A stretch of 64,000 bases of DNA from Balanoglossus misakiensis (GCA_040954595.2 CM082577.2:1302001-1366000), one strand, 5' to 3'; shown: positions 27,916-45,237, counted from the stretch's first letter. A program made the numbers and translations. The notes: a model not told the origin generated them from the letters alone.

Positions 27916-30900
27916 CTAGTAAGAAGGTGGTTTATACTCTCCTTCTGTCTGTTCGGGTGGAGCGCTGAACGGTGGCTCTTGGTAGGATTCCTGGGAGGGA
28001 TCACTTGGATATGAGGTGTAAGGACTGCTCTGGCTTGCTCCCGGATCTGGTTCATAATCTTGAGTGAATGCTTGAGCTGAACCTTGTCTGTAGCGCATTA
28101 CAGCCAGTGCTGTCAATGCTGCCTGTTAGACCACAGATGAAACAAGATGTCATTTATGATGCTGGGGGAAAATCCTGTTATTTGGTAAATAATGCCTACA
28201 ATGCTGACTTTTGGACTGGTTCCTTCTAGCTAAACTCTATGTGTCTTTCCACTATCAATACCTTACCTGGAATTATCAGCTAGCCACAGCTACCCCCGCC
28301 AAACCAAACTTACCCCTGACAACAGTTACAACTACATGTATTAGCTTCTCCAGCCACCCAGCTCACTTAGTGATAACCCTGGCATTTTTTCTACAGCTAT
28401 CTGCCTATCTTAACCAAACATTGATAGTCTACCTACAATATATTTCTCTACTGTCACTTTGTCTGCAGAACTCTGCACTTAGCAAATCATTCATATTCAC
28501 AAAACATGATAGAAAAGGGTAAGCATGAAACACTGAGGTACTGACATGCAAAATTAGAAATTGTCAGTTGAATTTTGCTTCCACTCGTACTGTTTATAAA
28601 GTAACATTCCCTGTAAAACAAGTTAATGAAAACCAAAAGAATAAAGGTTTACCCAGGTCAGAATGGAAAAAAAGGAAAATGCTATGGCTGCCTCAAGATC
28701 ACTGGTACTAATTCCATCGGGTTTGTTATCATAAGTAGTCCATCTATTTGTTAGATAGCAGAAGCATACAAACCACATGAAGGTCCATAAGCCTAGAGAA
28801 AGATCAAAGCATTTCATATATTTTACAGAAAATGTTAAAACACACTATAAATGGCTTGTGCTAATACTATAGCAATGTGCAGTGACATACAGTGATCAAG
28901 CATACAATATGGCAGTTGCATTTATTTTAGTTTTCACAAATGGAATTGTCATTCTCATAAGCAGCGATGGGGTTGATCATCACATGCACAATGATGACTG
29001 GCACAAACCATTTTATAGTGGGTGAGTCCTAGCATGTAACCAATGCAGGTGATATGAGGGAAAATGATATTTACCCATGAAATGATGGAAAAAAAGCTGA
29101 ATGCTATGGCCGCTTGTACTTCATCCGCCCCATAATGTTTTGGATTAGTCTTCCGCCAAGCATCGGTCAAGTAGCAGAAGCATACAAACCACATGAATGT
29201 CCAGAATGCTGTGATACACAAAATGGAAAAATGTCATCTGAACTCTACATTTACATCACGTGACATCTGAACCTAGAGACAAGTGTGGGGCTGTTGACCA
29301 TACTGAAAAATGTACGCTGGGGCAAGACAGTCCCAGCTAATATGTATCACAAATTGTTCCACAGTCATAGGTAAAACTTCAATTCAAACCTCCTAGGTCA
29401 GTACCAATTTTTGCAATGCATGTCATTTATTTCTTGACTGCTTTTATGATTATGGGATTATTTAAATTAAGCAACATGAAAAAGCACATGAAAATCATGC
29501 GAATGTACACATAATTACAGAAACAAGATGAAATCATGAGCGGTTGTTCACAACAGATTGGTTTTCACTCAACTGTTACAAATTATATTTCTTCTGAAAT
29601 CCACCAAACTGTGTCACAAATTTATACACATATTCCATCAAGCATGCAGATCTCCGAGTACCACTAGTTACAAGAAACTTTCTTTGCAACAATTGAACTG
29701 AGGCATACTGACACAATTACTTCTTTGGTAAATGATTGACAGCTTGACAAACTTCTAGACATATATTTTGTAAAATCATGCTGTGTTTAATTTAGGATTG
29801 GTATTTGATTTTACATGGAGACAATTATAAAAGGCAGGGCAGAGATTTGTCAAGCCAATTACTTTTATCTGATGTTGTCACTGGCCAATTTCTCCTACAG
29901 AGTAGGTTCATCATCTGCATCTGCCATTAACCTTACCTGAGAATCCCACATCTGCAACAACAATATATTTTCTATATTCAACACTGCTGATTCGCTCCAT
30001 CATTGCATCAGTAATGAGGAACACCATACAGGCAAGAAATGCTATGACGCCCACAGCAATACCAAAGTTGCATGCGTTCTGATCTCCATTGTACTGACAC
30101 TGGTTGTCATACTGCCCTTCTGCAGCTATACATCCAAATACTACAATTGCAAATACCTGTAAAAGCAACACACACACCAAATAATCAACAACATTTATAT
30201 TTTGATTGACCTCCATGGAATAATGAGTTACATTTTAATGTTATGTTTCCACAGGGATTTACATATAATTTCCCCCACTTTTAGATTGTTTTATACCAAT
30301 ATGTTGCACCAGACAACACAGCTGCTGCTATGTTATCTGGCACCAGGCAGTATATGCTATACACCTCTTTCTCCATAATACTGCACTAATATGAACTACA
30401 CTCCCACACAGCAATATTATTTGCCCTAATAAATAATTTAATTATGAAACACAAGTCATTGAGATATTGGGTACAGAATAAATCAAAACTACAGATTTCA
30501 AAAGGGTATCAATGAATAATGGTGAAGCTTAAACCTCTACATTTGCTCCCAACTTTCTCAAATGTATCTTAAACGCCCATACCGCCCCCTTAGGTCAAAT
30601 AAATCAATAACATCAAACAGGGAAATCTAATATACACGTCATTCAATATACAGTTGGCCTATTCATGGATGCATAAATTTATAATACACACATTCACTTG
30701 CGTTTACCTAATTATGGTTTCTGCAGGAAATATTGTGCATTAATCTAATGTTCTGTCCCTACTACCAGCAATGTGCATTTTGGGTGTGTGAGTACTGCGG
30801 TTTCAGATGATCAAACCACAATGGTGCATTGTCCGGGTGCATATAGGTAGGGAATGGGCACAAATGGAACACAAGGGGGGTATTGTACGGGGAAATGTAA

Positions 30901-31431
30901 ATTTGGCTTCATTGCATGGACAATTCGATGAGAACACCGTTTTGCGACATTGCCTGTAATGTGTTAAAGTGCCAAGATTATTAAAATATAATATTCCATC
31001 GTTTACTTCTGTGCAGAAGTCGTTACGTGAAGGGATTCTGAGGGAACGATATAGCTTATGATACTATAAAAACAATTTACTATTAGTTTTTATTCAAAAA
31101 ATTATTACGGAATGTGTGCAATAGGAAAAATTTCGACTGAATGATTTTTTTCTTTAAAAAATCCGTTATTAATTGAAATGATACGAAAAATAAACATCGA
31201 CCTCTTTCGTTCGGCACGGCGAAATGAGCATCGCCTGAACACGTAAATATTTCGAGAGATATACTTCGACGACACAATCCGTATGAGCAGTTGCTGATAT
31301 ATTTGGAGGGACAAATAACTACCACTTACCCAGCTCACTATCCTAAGGATAACGGAGGGTTTCTTTAAGAATTCAATCGGGTCAAATGGAGCGCCTGCTT
31401 TGCCTGCACCGTATGCACCTCCGCCGTCCAT
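27916..31431 (-). CDS. SYNGR: Synaptogyrin (MARVEL domain), two isoforms of 220 and 222 aa via alternative exon 3
   Basis: Exons 31431-31330, 30156-29937, then 29208-29075 (3a) OR 28792-28653 (3b), then 28122-27916. Motifs: MDGGGAYGAGKAGAPFDP, VFAIVVFGCI, CQYNGDQNACNFGIAVGV, WTFMWFVCFCYL, AAIAFSFFSI, and a Tyr/Pro-rich tail ending YKPPSY. Confidence 0.95.
28653..28792 (-). CDS. SYNGR: Synaptogyrin alternative exon 3b (duplicate of 3a)
   Basis: ttctctag|GCTTATGG...ACCTGG|gtaaac, 140 nt, phase 1 to 0. Encodes GLWTFMWFVCFCYLTNRWTTYDNKPDGISTSDLEAAIAFSFFSILTW. Confidence 0.92.
29075..29208 (-). CDS. SYNGR: Synaptogyrin alternative exon 3a (TM3 - luminal loop 2 - TM4)
   Basis: tatcacag|CATTCTGG...TCATGG|gtaaat, 134 nt, phase 1 to 0. 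Encodes AFWTFMWFVCFCYLTDAWRKTNPKHYGADEVQAAIAFSFFSIISW. Confidence 0.92.
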
Positions 31432-31845
31432 TTTGGATTTGCTATGAACTATGGGTAATATTGATAATAATCATGTGACGGCGGATGAAATCGCGACATG
31501 ACATCATCGTGACAGTCAAGCGGTGGTCCCACGTGTACATTTTTTTTCGCGTGTAACTATTCATAAAGTTAATAGAAAACTCGAATTGTCCCTCCATCGT
31601 ACCATCATCTCATCATTGCAACAGCTACTGCAACATTTTGACAATTTTCTTTACATTTTAGTCACCGTGTTGTCATTTTAAGTAACTTTCGTTTTCGGGG
31701 TTTCCTTTTATTTTCGTTTTCTAATGTTTTCTCACTGTGGTTTTCTTTTTCTTCGTGAGGTTTTAAAATGTATTTCTAGTTCAGCTTTAGTAACTGCTGG
31801 GCCACGCAATATTAAAGTTTGTTCGAACGAACAAAGAAAAAACGT

Positions 31846-31880
31846 GATGATGGATTGATGGATGGATGGATGGATGGATG
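31846..31880 (+). repeat. (GATG)n microsatellite between the synaptogyrin and ZNF598 starts
   Basis: tgatgatggattgatggatggatggatggatggatg. Confidence 0.85.
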
Positions 31881-32232
31881 ACCAGTGAGAGGGTGGGTGG
31901 AGGTGATTTGGTGAGAGTATTTATCATTAATATTCACACAAAAATGAATAACATTACATGTACACAAATTCAAACGAAAAAGTCAATCTGCCAAACGTTC
32001 AAATTGCTGGAAATTTCTACAATATTGAGCCACAAGTTTGGATTGCGCAACGATGTGAAGTTTTCTCATCCGGGCATTTTTCAATAGATATAAATAGCCA
32101 GTCACCATTTTGTAGGCCGAGAGAATCACACGTTGCGACGCGCTGCACTTATCAGACAGTAGAGACAGAAGAACGCTGAATTATACAGGAAGAGAACTCC
32201 GCGCGCAGAATTCATAACTGGAAGTTCCAAAA

Positions 32233-35200
32233 ATGTCAAAAACCACAGATAATATTCAGTCTACTTGTGTCCTTTGCTGTCAGGATATCAAGATCTATGC
32301 CACAGGGCACTGTGACCACCCAATCTGTTACAAATGCTCAACGAGGATGAGAGTTCTGAGTGATCAGAAGTACTGTGCCGTATGTCGGACCGACCTCGAC
32401 AAGGTGAGGACGCGACACGTCTATGTACATTTTGTTCATTGGCAGAACGAATGACTGGGTAGCCACCACAGAGATAGGCTAGTTACAAGCTTTCAATATT
32501 AGTGTAATCGTGGCACAGCGGTTCAACCCTTTGGGACGTTGACGCGTTATGTCATGATCTGACCTCATACTTTACCCAGTCCTGGGTCCATGATAAAACC
32601 TGTGTAGTCGGCAACGATATATAATCTGCATTATAATCTGCCTTATCTCATTCTTAAATTGGGTGTCGTATGTACTATTGAAATTCCAATCGTGGTTTTC
32701 ACAGCTCTTTGTGAACTTTTGATGTTCAAAGGGGCGGGGAGAGTAGCCCTGGAACACACAGACCAGTACACAGGGCTACGTGTACGGGGAGACAAGAAGG
32801 GCTCTCTTCTAAAAAAATAGTTTTGGGGCGGTATTTCAAGTTTGTTCCTCCGCGGTACAGGGTGACATATGCGTATCTGCGAGATATGTATAAACCATTA
32901 GTGGCCTTTGGCAGTATTGTCCACAGCAAAACCCATGAAGGAAGAGTTTAGTTTTGCTGCAGTTCAGAAGCTCGAGGTTTTGCCTTGATTTGTGTGTTAG
33001 ACCATACGCCAAACCTCAAGCTACTGAACTGCAGCTGGAGTTAGCTCTAAGCTGCCATGATTAATATCGGGTGCTGCCGGGTTGATGGTATGTTCGCAAA
33101 CCTACTGCCCTTATATTTGAAACCAACAACTTGCTTTTACATTCACAGGTCATCTTCACAGACAAATTACACAAGTTTGCGAGTGTGATCTATCATAAGT
33201 TTCCCTTCGATAAGAAGTATCACATCTACTTTAAAACCCAAAGGATACAGATTCATTATCGCAAACTCCTAGAGCACCGCTGCAAGATTTGTCCAATACA
33301 GGGTATTGACGACGGTTTTCAGACATTTAGCCAGCTGAGAGACCACATGCGCAAGACTCATGAACTGTTTTATTGTGACTTGTGTGTAGAACACATTCAG
33401 GTAAATGTGAATTCATTGTCTATTAATTTTACATGTTGCATCTTGTGAGGCAGTAATCATGAATAATTCTTGTAAAGTTTGTGAAGGGTTCTAAATACCT
33501 ATAATTAGTTTCACATGCTTTGCAAAGTAAGACTTCAGGTCATCTGAATCCAGACCCTGTCTCTCTGAATTCCAGTTTGTATTGTAGTAGTGATATCCTG
33601 GTAAAGTGAAGGCAAGCATTTGTCTTGGCAAAGTTTGTGATGGCTATCCGTATGTACAGAATTAATACTACATACCATGCTGTCACTAAGTTCTTTCTTA
33701 TGCGGTGAATATTTTTGGCATTATCATTCAAATATCAATTTGAAATAATGAATGTGTTGCCAAACGTTTCATTGCAGATATTTACTGGAGGACGGAAAGT
33801 GTATACCCGTGCTGATTTGGCTCGACATCGGCGCATTGGTGATCCAGATGACAAGTCCCATAAAGGACATCCACTTTGCGAGTTTTGTGATATTAGATAC
33901 CTTGACAATGATGAACTCTTCAAACATCTCAGAAGGGAACATTATTTCTGCCACTTTTGTGACAGTCAAGGATCCCAACAATATTACGAGTGAGTGACAT
34001 ATCTTTTTTCTCTTAAAAAATGTTTTAATTAAGTCATTATAGTCTTGCCTGTATCATGTTCAAGGATCAGTCACTCAACATAATTCAGTAAGCAGTGAGT
34101 ATTGTTGTTCACAAACACCAATTCTCTTCTTTGCTATCCTTTATAATTCCACAGTGACTATCCCGTTCTTCGAGATCATTTCCGGGAACAGCACTACCTC
34201 TGCGAAGAGGGGCCTTGTCAGGACGAACAGTTTACATCAGTGTTCAGCACAGAAATAGACCTCAAGGCACATCGAGCTGTCAGGCACGCCAAGAAGATGT
34301 CCAAATCAGAAGTGAAACAGACCAGGCAGCTGGATTTGGGATTTAATTATGCACCACGGAGCTCGAGTTTCGGGCAAAGCAGAGGTGGTAAGTGGTATCA
34401 AAGATTATTCAACAAGGCAAATTGATGTATTCATTAGAAACCATGATGACATGACTGCTAGTGTCTCTTGTGTAGGTTTCAAATCTGTGGATTGTATCTT
34501 TGCCTGTTTTTATGCGGGAACCATTTTGTCATCTTTGAGATTTTCTTGTATTTTATCATCTGCAGCAAGTGTGATATCAGGTGCAGACTACGAGGAGGTG
34601 AATAGGTACCCTAACGAACCAAACAGAAGATTACATTCTAGAATTAAAGGACGTGGCAGGGGAAGGCTAAGGTAAGACATTCATCTGTCAGTAGATACGG
34701 TACCTTGATAAAGCAGCTATCTGTCAGTAGTTTGTCACTTCAAGCGTAACATACCTGGGTAGAGCGATCACCTGTCTAACTCGGCCAATATGAAAATTTA
34801 CTGTGTGGTGATGTCTCAGGATGCATACATGTCCAACAGGTACAGGTGTCTGAACTATCCTATCGCACCTCAACACACCATTTCTCTGCATGCAACAAAC
34901 CAAGGTTGTGTGACAAACTGTTTTATTTTTTTTCACTTTGATAGGGAGGATATCGAGACTGACATGGCGGTGCATGCCTCGCTTGAATCTGGTGCAAGAA
35001 CCAACGCTGCCAAAGAGCCAAAGCCAGAAAGACGCAAAAATGAGAGAGTAGCTGACAAGAACAAAGGAAAGGAATCTCCCAAAGTGACTAGAGCAAAGGA
35101 TTCTCCCAAAGCATCAAGAGCAGCAGTTGATACACCAGAGAGCAAACCAAAGGAACCACCCAAAAAAGCTGGTCGACTAGCTGATGGCAGTGATTTCCCA

Positions 35201-36631
35201 ACTCTGGATGGCAGTAAACCTGCAGAAAAGAAACTATCAACAGATGATAAAAAAGTTCAAGAGAAAGAGTCTGTCTCGCCCAGCCTTGCCAAGAAAGTGG
35301 CAGCTGCCAACCACATGTCCGTACAAAATGGAACGCTAAGTGGTGATGACTTTCCAACTCTTGGTAAAGCTGTTAGTGTCAAACCAACTGTGAAGGCAGC
35401 GTGGAGCAAGACGGGCGACATTGACGATGATTTTCCACCAATGAGTGCCGCCGCAGCATCAACTAAAAGTAGCAAGAAGAAAGGGAAGAAGAAGACAGGT
35501 GATGGCAAGTCAGCAGCACCTTCAGGTGATAAAACAGCGCCCTCTAGCAAGAGTGCCCGAACACCAGTTAAATTTGAAGAACCTGTGGTGGATTATACCA
35601 GAATAGTCTCGGCAGCTGCATCAGAGCAGGACAAAAAAACGACTCAAGCCGTCAAAGATTCTGAATCTTCAGCCACAACTGCACTTCCAGACGCCTCATC
35701 TGCTGAAGATTTCCCAAGTTTAAGTTCAATTGCTTCATTTCTAACAAGTGGAACTGTTAAAAAAGCAAGTGTTCCAACTGATAAAAAATCTAGTGTCCCA
35801 CCTGGTTTCTCTTCCACTGTTGACAAACCTCCCCCAGGATTTTCTACAGGATCGCGAAAGGCACAACCCTCGGAAAGTCAGTCCAATGCTACAAAAAATC
35901 GGAACACGAAGAGTAGAGCACCTCCAGGATTTGGGACGACTGTTCAAGCTCCGGCCACTTCATCTTTCCTGAGTGTTAGCAGCGGTTCATCTACAACGGT
36001 CATGGCACAGTCAGTGACTTCTAAGGCTGCATCTGAGAATATTGCACCGGCTCTCAAGGCATCGGAAAACAGCCCAGATTCCTATCTCCCCCCTGAGAAC
36101 TTCAAACAACGAAACCAAGACCTCATCTTGGCCATTCAGAAGTACCTCCATAACAATGCTGACAAGTTTGATGAATTCAAAGCTATCTCAGGTCGGTATC
36201 GCCGTACTGTAATCACAGCAGAGGATTATTACATCCAGTGCCAGGAACTTCTAGGAAAAAAGAACTTCTCTAAAATTTTCTCTGAACTTGTTGCCTTGCT
36301 TCCCGACAGAGAAAAGCAGCAGGAACTACTTAGAATTCATCATGATCGCAAAATCAAAGAAAGAGAAGAGAAACATGAACAAAAATATCCTGATGTCCTG
36401 AAAATTAGCAATGGCAATAAGAAAAGTAAAGGTAACGGCAGCAATCCATGGAATATAGAAAGCAGTCAATGTTTGACGTGTCCAACTTGTCATCAGGTTG
36501 TACTCACTAAGGATTACAATGCGCACATTTCTACTCATGCCTTGGATACAGATTTTCCCGCTCTCTCTGTCGGTGCTAAAATGGCCGCCCCTCCGCCGCC
36601 AAGTGGCAATGCCTGGGTCAGGGGAAAGTGA
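32233..36631 (+). CDS. ZNF598: E3 ubiquitin ligase ZNF598 (Hel2 orthologue, ribosome-collision sensor), 6 exons, ~886 aa
   Basis: Exons 32233-32403, 33149-33400, 33778-33989, 34155-34387, 34566-34671, 34945-36631 (2661 nt). RING C..C...GHCDHPICYKCSTRMRVL...YCAVCR, C2H2 array, GDPDDKSHKGHPLCEFCD.RYLDNDEL, HYFCHFCD, HYLCEEG, IDLKAH, low-complexity tail with DFPxL and PPGF repeats, C-terminal CPTCHQV finger. Confidence 0.95.
32956..33035. mobile_element. 80-bp hairpin / MITE relic in ZNF598 intron 1
   Basis: gctgcagttcagaagctcgaggttt ... aaacctcaagctactgaactgcagc, ~25-bp arms with 2 mismatches. A second small inverted repeat gtagccctg...cagggctac lies at 32743-32779. Confidence 0.6.
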
Positions 36632-37920
36632 GCAGCGACCAGGTGAAGTGAAAGCTTTGCAGTGTTTGATCAAATGAAAGTGTCATAACAGTGTGCCTCC
36701 TGTCTTGCTTAATTGCACCAAAACCCATGAAATGATTAACTTTACCTTGACTACATTTTAATTGTAATTTTTTTTTTTGGGGGGGGGGGGGGAGTATATG
36801 AATATAAATATTGATAATGGCATCTGTCAACCATTTTGTATCTCCAAGAATTAAGTATCTTGAAGAGCTTTGTTCACATTTTTGCATGAGCATACTATCT
36901 GCAGATGAGTAATTACTGTTAGCCAAACGAGTATCGACGAACATATTTTACTGATTTAATTCACCTGAGATCAGTGAAGCAAAAGTGTAACATGTTCCGT
37001 GTCATGCCTTACTCCAAGAAAACTGTGTGTGTATCTTGCACACTATCACAAATCCTTTGCTATGCAAGACTCTCCTTTAGACACGACTTTTGTAAGAACA
37101 TTACTAGAATTTCCTTTCCGATACTTTAGCTGTTTTCATCCCATAATACACTACATGTACATGTGTAAATACAATGTATCCTTAAAGTTAGCAGTTACAG
37201 ATTTCTTTCTAACTGCGACAATTCATTTGTATATCAAACTGAAATATAGAGTTTGGGATACATCTAACAAAAACATTGTAAGACTATGAAAGTGTAATAT
37301 TTTTTTTCTTGATAATTGCTGGAAACAATAAATGACATACTCCTGGTATGGTTTGAACTTGTGATTATCTTGATGTGGTTGGTTCAGTGAAATGGGTGTT
37401 GTATACAAAGACCTACCTGAGAAATATTTCTGTATGTCACCTTCAGAATGCTGACAACTGTAATGATGTATGGAAACACGGTGCTGGTTTCAAATGATGG
37501 CTGTGATAGCAATCTCTTAATTATGGGGTTTTTGACAACTGCAAATTCCTTTTTAACCTCATTGAAATGTATCCCAAAGTATTGCAGTTAATATGATTAA
37601 ACTTACTACAGATATTCTTCGATATATAGAAGATTTTGACACAGGTCAGTCCATTCAAATAAAAGATTTTGAAACAGGCCAGGCGTAAAATTTGCAGTCT
37701 TTGAAAACTGGGGGAGGGGCGTTCCTGTTCGTTTTCAGTTTGTTTACGTTCGTAAACCGTTGTGAATTTTTGTTTCCTTGTTTGCGATATGATGTACAGA
37801 TAAAAATAGAAGGTAAAACTTACTGGAGACCACTTGTTTTGAAATGAAAAGCGAATGTTTGTGCTAGAGGGCGCACTGTTCTGTGAGGTCATCCATCTTT
37901 TTATAGTACTTCGCAGGGGG

Positions 37921-37945
37921 TGTATATAAAGGCACGCCATTTTGC
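37921..37945 (+). promoter_or_regulatory. Putative Rac core promoter: TATA box followed by YY1-like site
   Basis: tgTATATAAAggcaCGCCATTTTg about 140 bp upstream of the Rac ATG. Confidence 0.55.
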
Positions 37946-38071
37946 TACACACCCAATGGGACTCTGAAAAGCTTCCCTTGCACACAGTCGCCTTGTTGGG
38001 TACATATATACGTGTATGACAGTTTGTATTACACATTGCGAGTGGATCAGAACTTCTCACGCACAAAAGTA

Positions 38072-42670
<4,599 letters not shown>

Positions 42671-44248
42671 GTGAATTACTGCTGAACTTCTTGACAGACT
42701 TTTTCAAATCTATATTTGAATTGTTTCACCCTTCCTCTTCCAATCAAGACCATCGCCAACAGTTTTGCCGTGACACTGTTTATCAGGTGACATTTGTCTA
42801 TCACAGATTACATGCCCATCAAATGTTGAATATGCCTGTATTATTTTTTACTGTCATTTGGGCCAGTTAATAGAGTCAGGGTTTTTGTTTGTAAACAATG
42901 TTACAGTATGCCACAGGGGATGTCTTTTGTTGGTGGAGGAAGGGTCACCATTGTATTATTCAGCTGGTGAGCTGATATGTAGTCTATATACTTTGATTCT
43001 GATCGGCTTGCAAGTGTCTGGAAACTTGTGTAGTTAACTTCACTGTCCTACAGACAACTGCAAGCTCATTACAAAGTCAAGGAGTGGACTACAACATATT
43101 AGACAATTTGGACCTTGTTCCCAGGGCTATGCTTTCTCCTGCTTGGAACAAACCATTCTACCCTCTACTCTTTTTTTGCTAGGAAAATAATCCTTATGAT
43201 CTCCACTTTTGTGAACAATTATGGAATAAGCTTGTTTCAAAATAGTCGCCCATTTTGCGATTTCTGTGTCCGAAATGTAAATCATGTAAAATTTTGGTGT
43301 CTGTAAAATACTACTAATAATTTACAGAGCCATGAAAACATTTTATCTTGACCAAGTCTGAGATGTTATGAAAACAGTGAAGTGATCATATATATGTTTT
43401 AACCTGCACTATTCATTCAGGAAAAAAATGTCAATCAAAATACAAGTGTTAGTCAAGTAAGTCGAGTATTCCAATCTTGTTTACACAGCTTTACTGTGAA
43501 ATGTTGATGAGAATTGAAGAAAATGGGAGAAATTTAATCTTTTTGATTTCTGTTAATGGTCATGTGTGTACATGAGCAGCGGTTGGTAATTATTTGTTGG
43601 TATTTTTGTTTCCTTCACAACAGCAATTTTGTAGATATTACACATTTCATGTATTTTTCTAAAACAGGAGAATTCTTGAGTGCTATATATGCAAAGCTTA
43701 ATAATTTCACTGCATGTTGCGTAGTTGATAGTTGAGTGAGCAACAGTTTAGGTTATCTTAGTGCTTGGTAGTTGCAATAAATAATACAGTCACCTATGCC
43801 TTAGTTTGTGGTATACATGGAGACAGTGACTAGCGCCCCCACTAGGTGTAATTAGTTAGTTTAATAGCGCCCTCCTCGGACGTTTTTATAGACGGTGCGT
43901 GATGATACAACGCCTATAAGATTTGGTTGTCACCTCATTATAAAAAAAAAAAAAAATCTAAAGCTGTTTTTAGTAAAGTTGCAATCATATTACTGTAATT
44001 TGACCACAGATTTGCCAGCAATATGCAAGAGTCGTCACCAGTTCTTTTCAAAGACCAGAGATTAAATGACCAGTAGGTCTTAGATTGGTTGAGTGGTTTT
44101 TCAGTGGTGGATCAATTCAACAACAGATGCGTGCGGGGAGAGTTCAAACTTAAACTCTTCATGTAACAATGTAAACTTTGATTCTAGTGTGATGCACACT
44201 TTTATTTTATAGCAGGAACTCTGTAAATATACAAGAAAGCTACGTGTA

Positions 44249-44302
44249 TCATTCAGAGACTTTTACCCGTAATATTCATTGAGAGACTTTTACCCCTAAT
44301 AT
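44249..44302 (+). repeat. Two-copy 27-bp tandem duplication
   Basis: tcattcagagacttttacccgtaatat / tcattgagagacttttacccctaatat. Confidence 0.8.
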
Positions 44303-45151
44303 TAGGAGTAGACAAGCTGAAGTTTCAAGGCTGGGAAAGTAATTCAATGTTTATTCAGATCAGAGAATAGAAAACACATAATTTGTGATTGATGGTCAGT
44401 TTGGATTACAAGGTGTAGCTGTGGAATGAGGAAAGTGCCTGTAAGTTTGTAGTAACATTTGAATTTCTGCCAGTTTGCTCATTTCTGACAGATTGCTCTG
44501 TTAACATCATATCTTTTGATTTTCCGAGATGGTTTGATGTACCCCCATTCCAGTTTTTAAATACTCAAGATAGATTGTTTGCAGATAAACATAAAATTGC
44601 ATTGGACATTGTGTGACATGTATTGCACGTTTGAGCACGTTTATGCAAGTGCTCCTTTGCTTTGTTTAATACTCAAGTCAATACCAGAGTGCTTCATTAA
44701 TCACCATAACATTTTTTTTCTGCTTCAGACCTGTCACTTTTGTATCATTCTTGTCAACCTAACAACTGTGTCTTGTACAGAGGTTGTCCTTTCAATTTCC
44801 CAAATGTGACACTGTTTTTCGACTATCTCCAAGCAGCTATGTGTGTGTTGTATTGCCCATGTCAGATTATGCCAAATTCACAGCGATAAACACTCACACG
44901 GCTATGTAGAGTAAATGCCATTCAGGTCAATATACAAGAATCTCAGCTTCTAGTTCTGCAGTTCAAGGAAAAAAAATTGTCATTATTTCCCTAGTTCACA
45001 ATGTTTTTTTTTTTTTTGGCTGCGTGATTTTTATTTTCCATCCATGTTTGATCCTTGCGAGAGCGATGTGTTGCAATGGAGAGTAAATCTTCATGACAAC
45101 ACTTCCACCACTCCAGATCATATGCTGATGTGTTTTTATCAGAGCCATTGA

Positions 45152-45237
45152 CCCTTTCACCCCCCAATTTCCTCTTTAGAGGTCCAAACTCACCATAGAA
45201 AACAATGGATTTGGACTGAACCATTGTGGTGAAAGGG
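45152..45237 (+). mobile_element. 86-bp piggyBac-like MITE, copy 2 (between Rac and AATK)
   Basis: ttga-CCCTTTCAC ... GTGAAAGGG-TTAA, colinear with the copy at 15361. Confidence 0.85.

Noticed and set aside
28255-28330. Two donor-like sites (cag|gg|gtaagt and ccag|gtaagg) in the last synaptogyrin intron, considered as a third exon copy or microexon
   Set aside because: No homology to exons 3a/3b, poor pyrimidine tracts, and a 2-nt exon would frameshift.
34933-35972. Multiple antisense and alternate-frame ORFs over the large ZNF598 exon (likewise 52067-53458 over AATK exon 10)
   Set aside because: Shadow ORFs of long low-complexity coding exons.
37521-38066. 181-aa minus-strand ORF over the Rac promoter
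   Set aside because: No domain, non-ATG start, non-coding composition.
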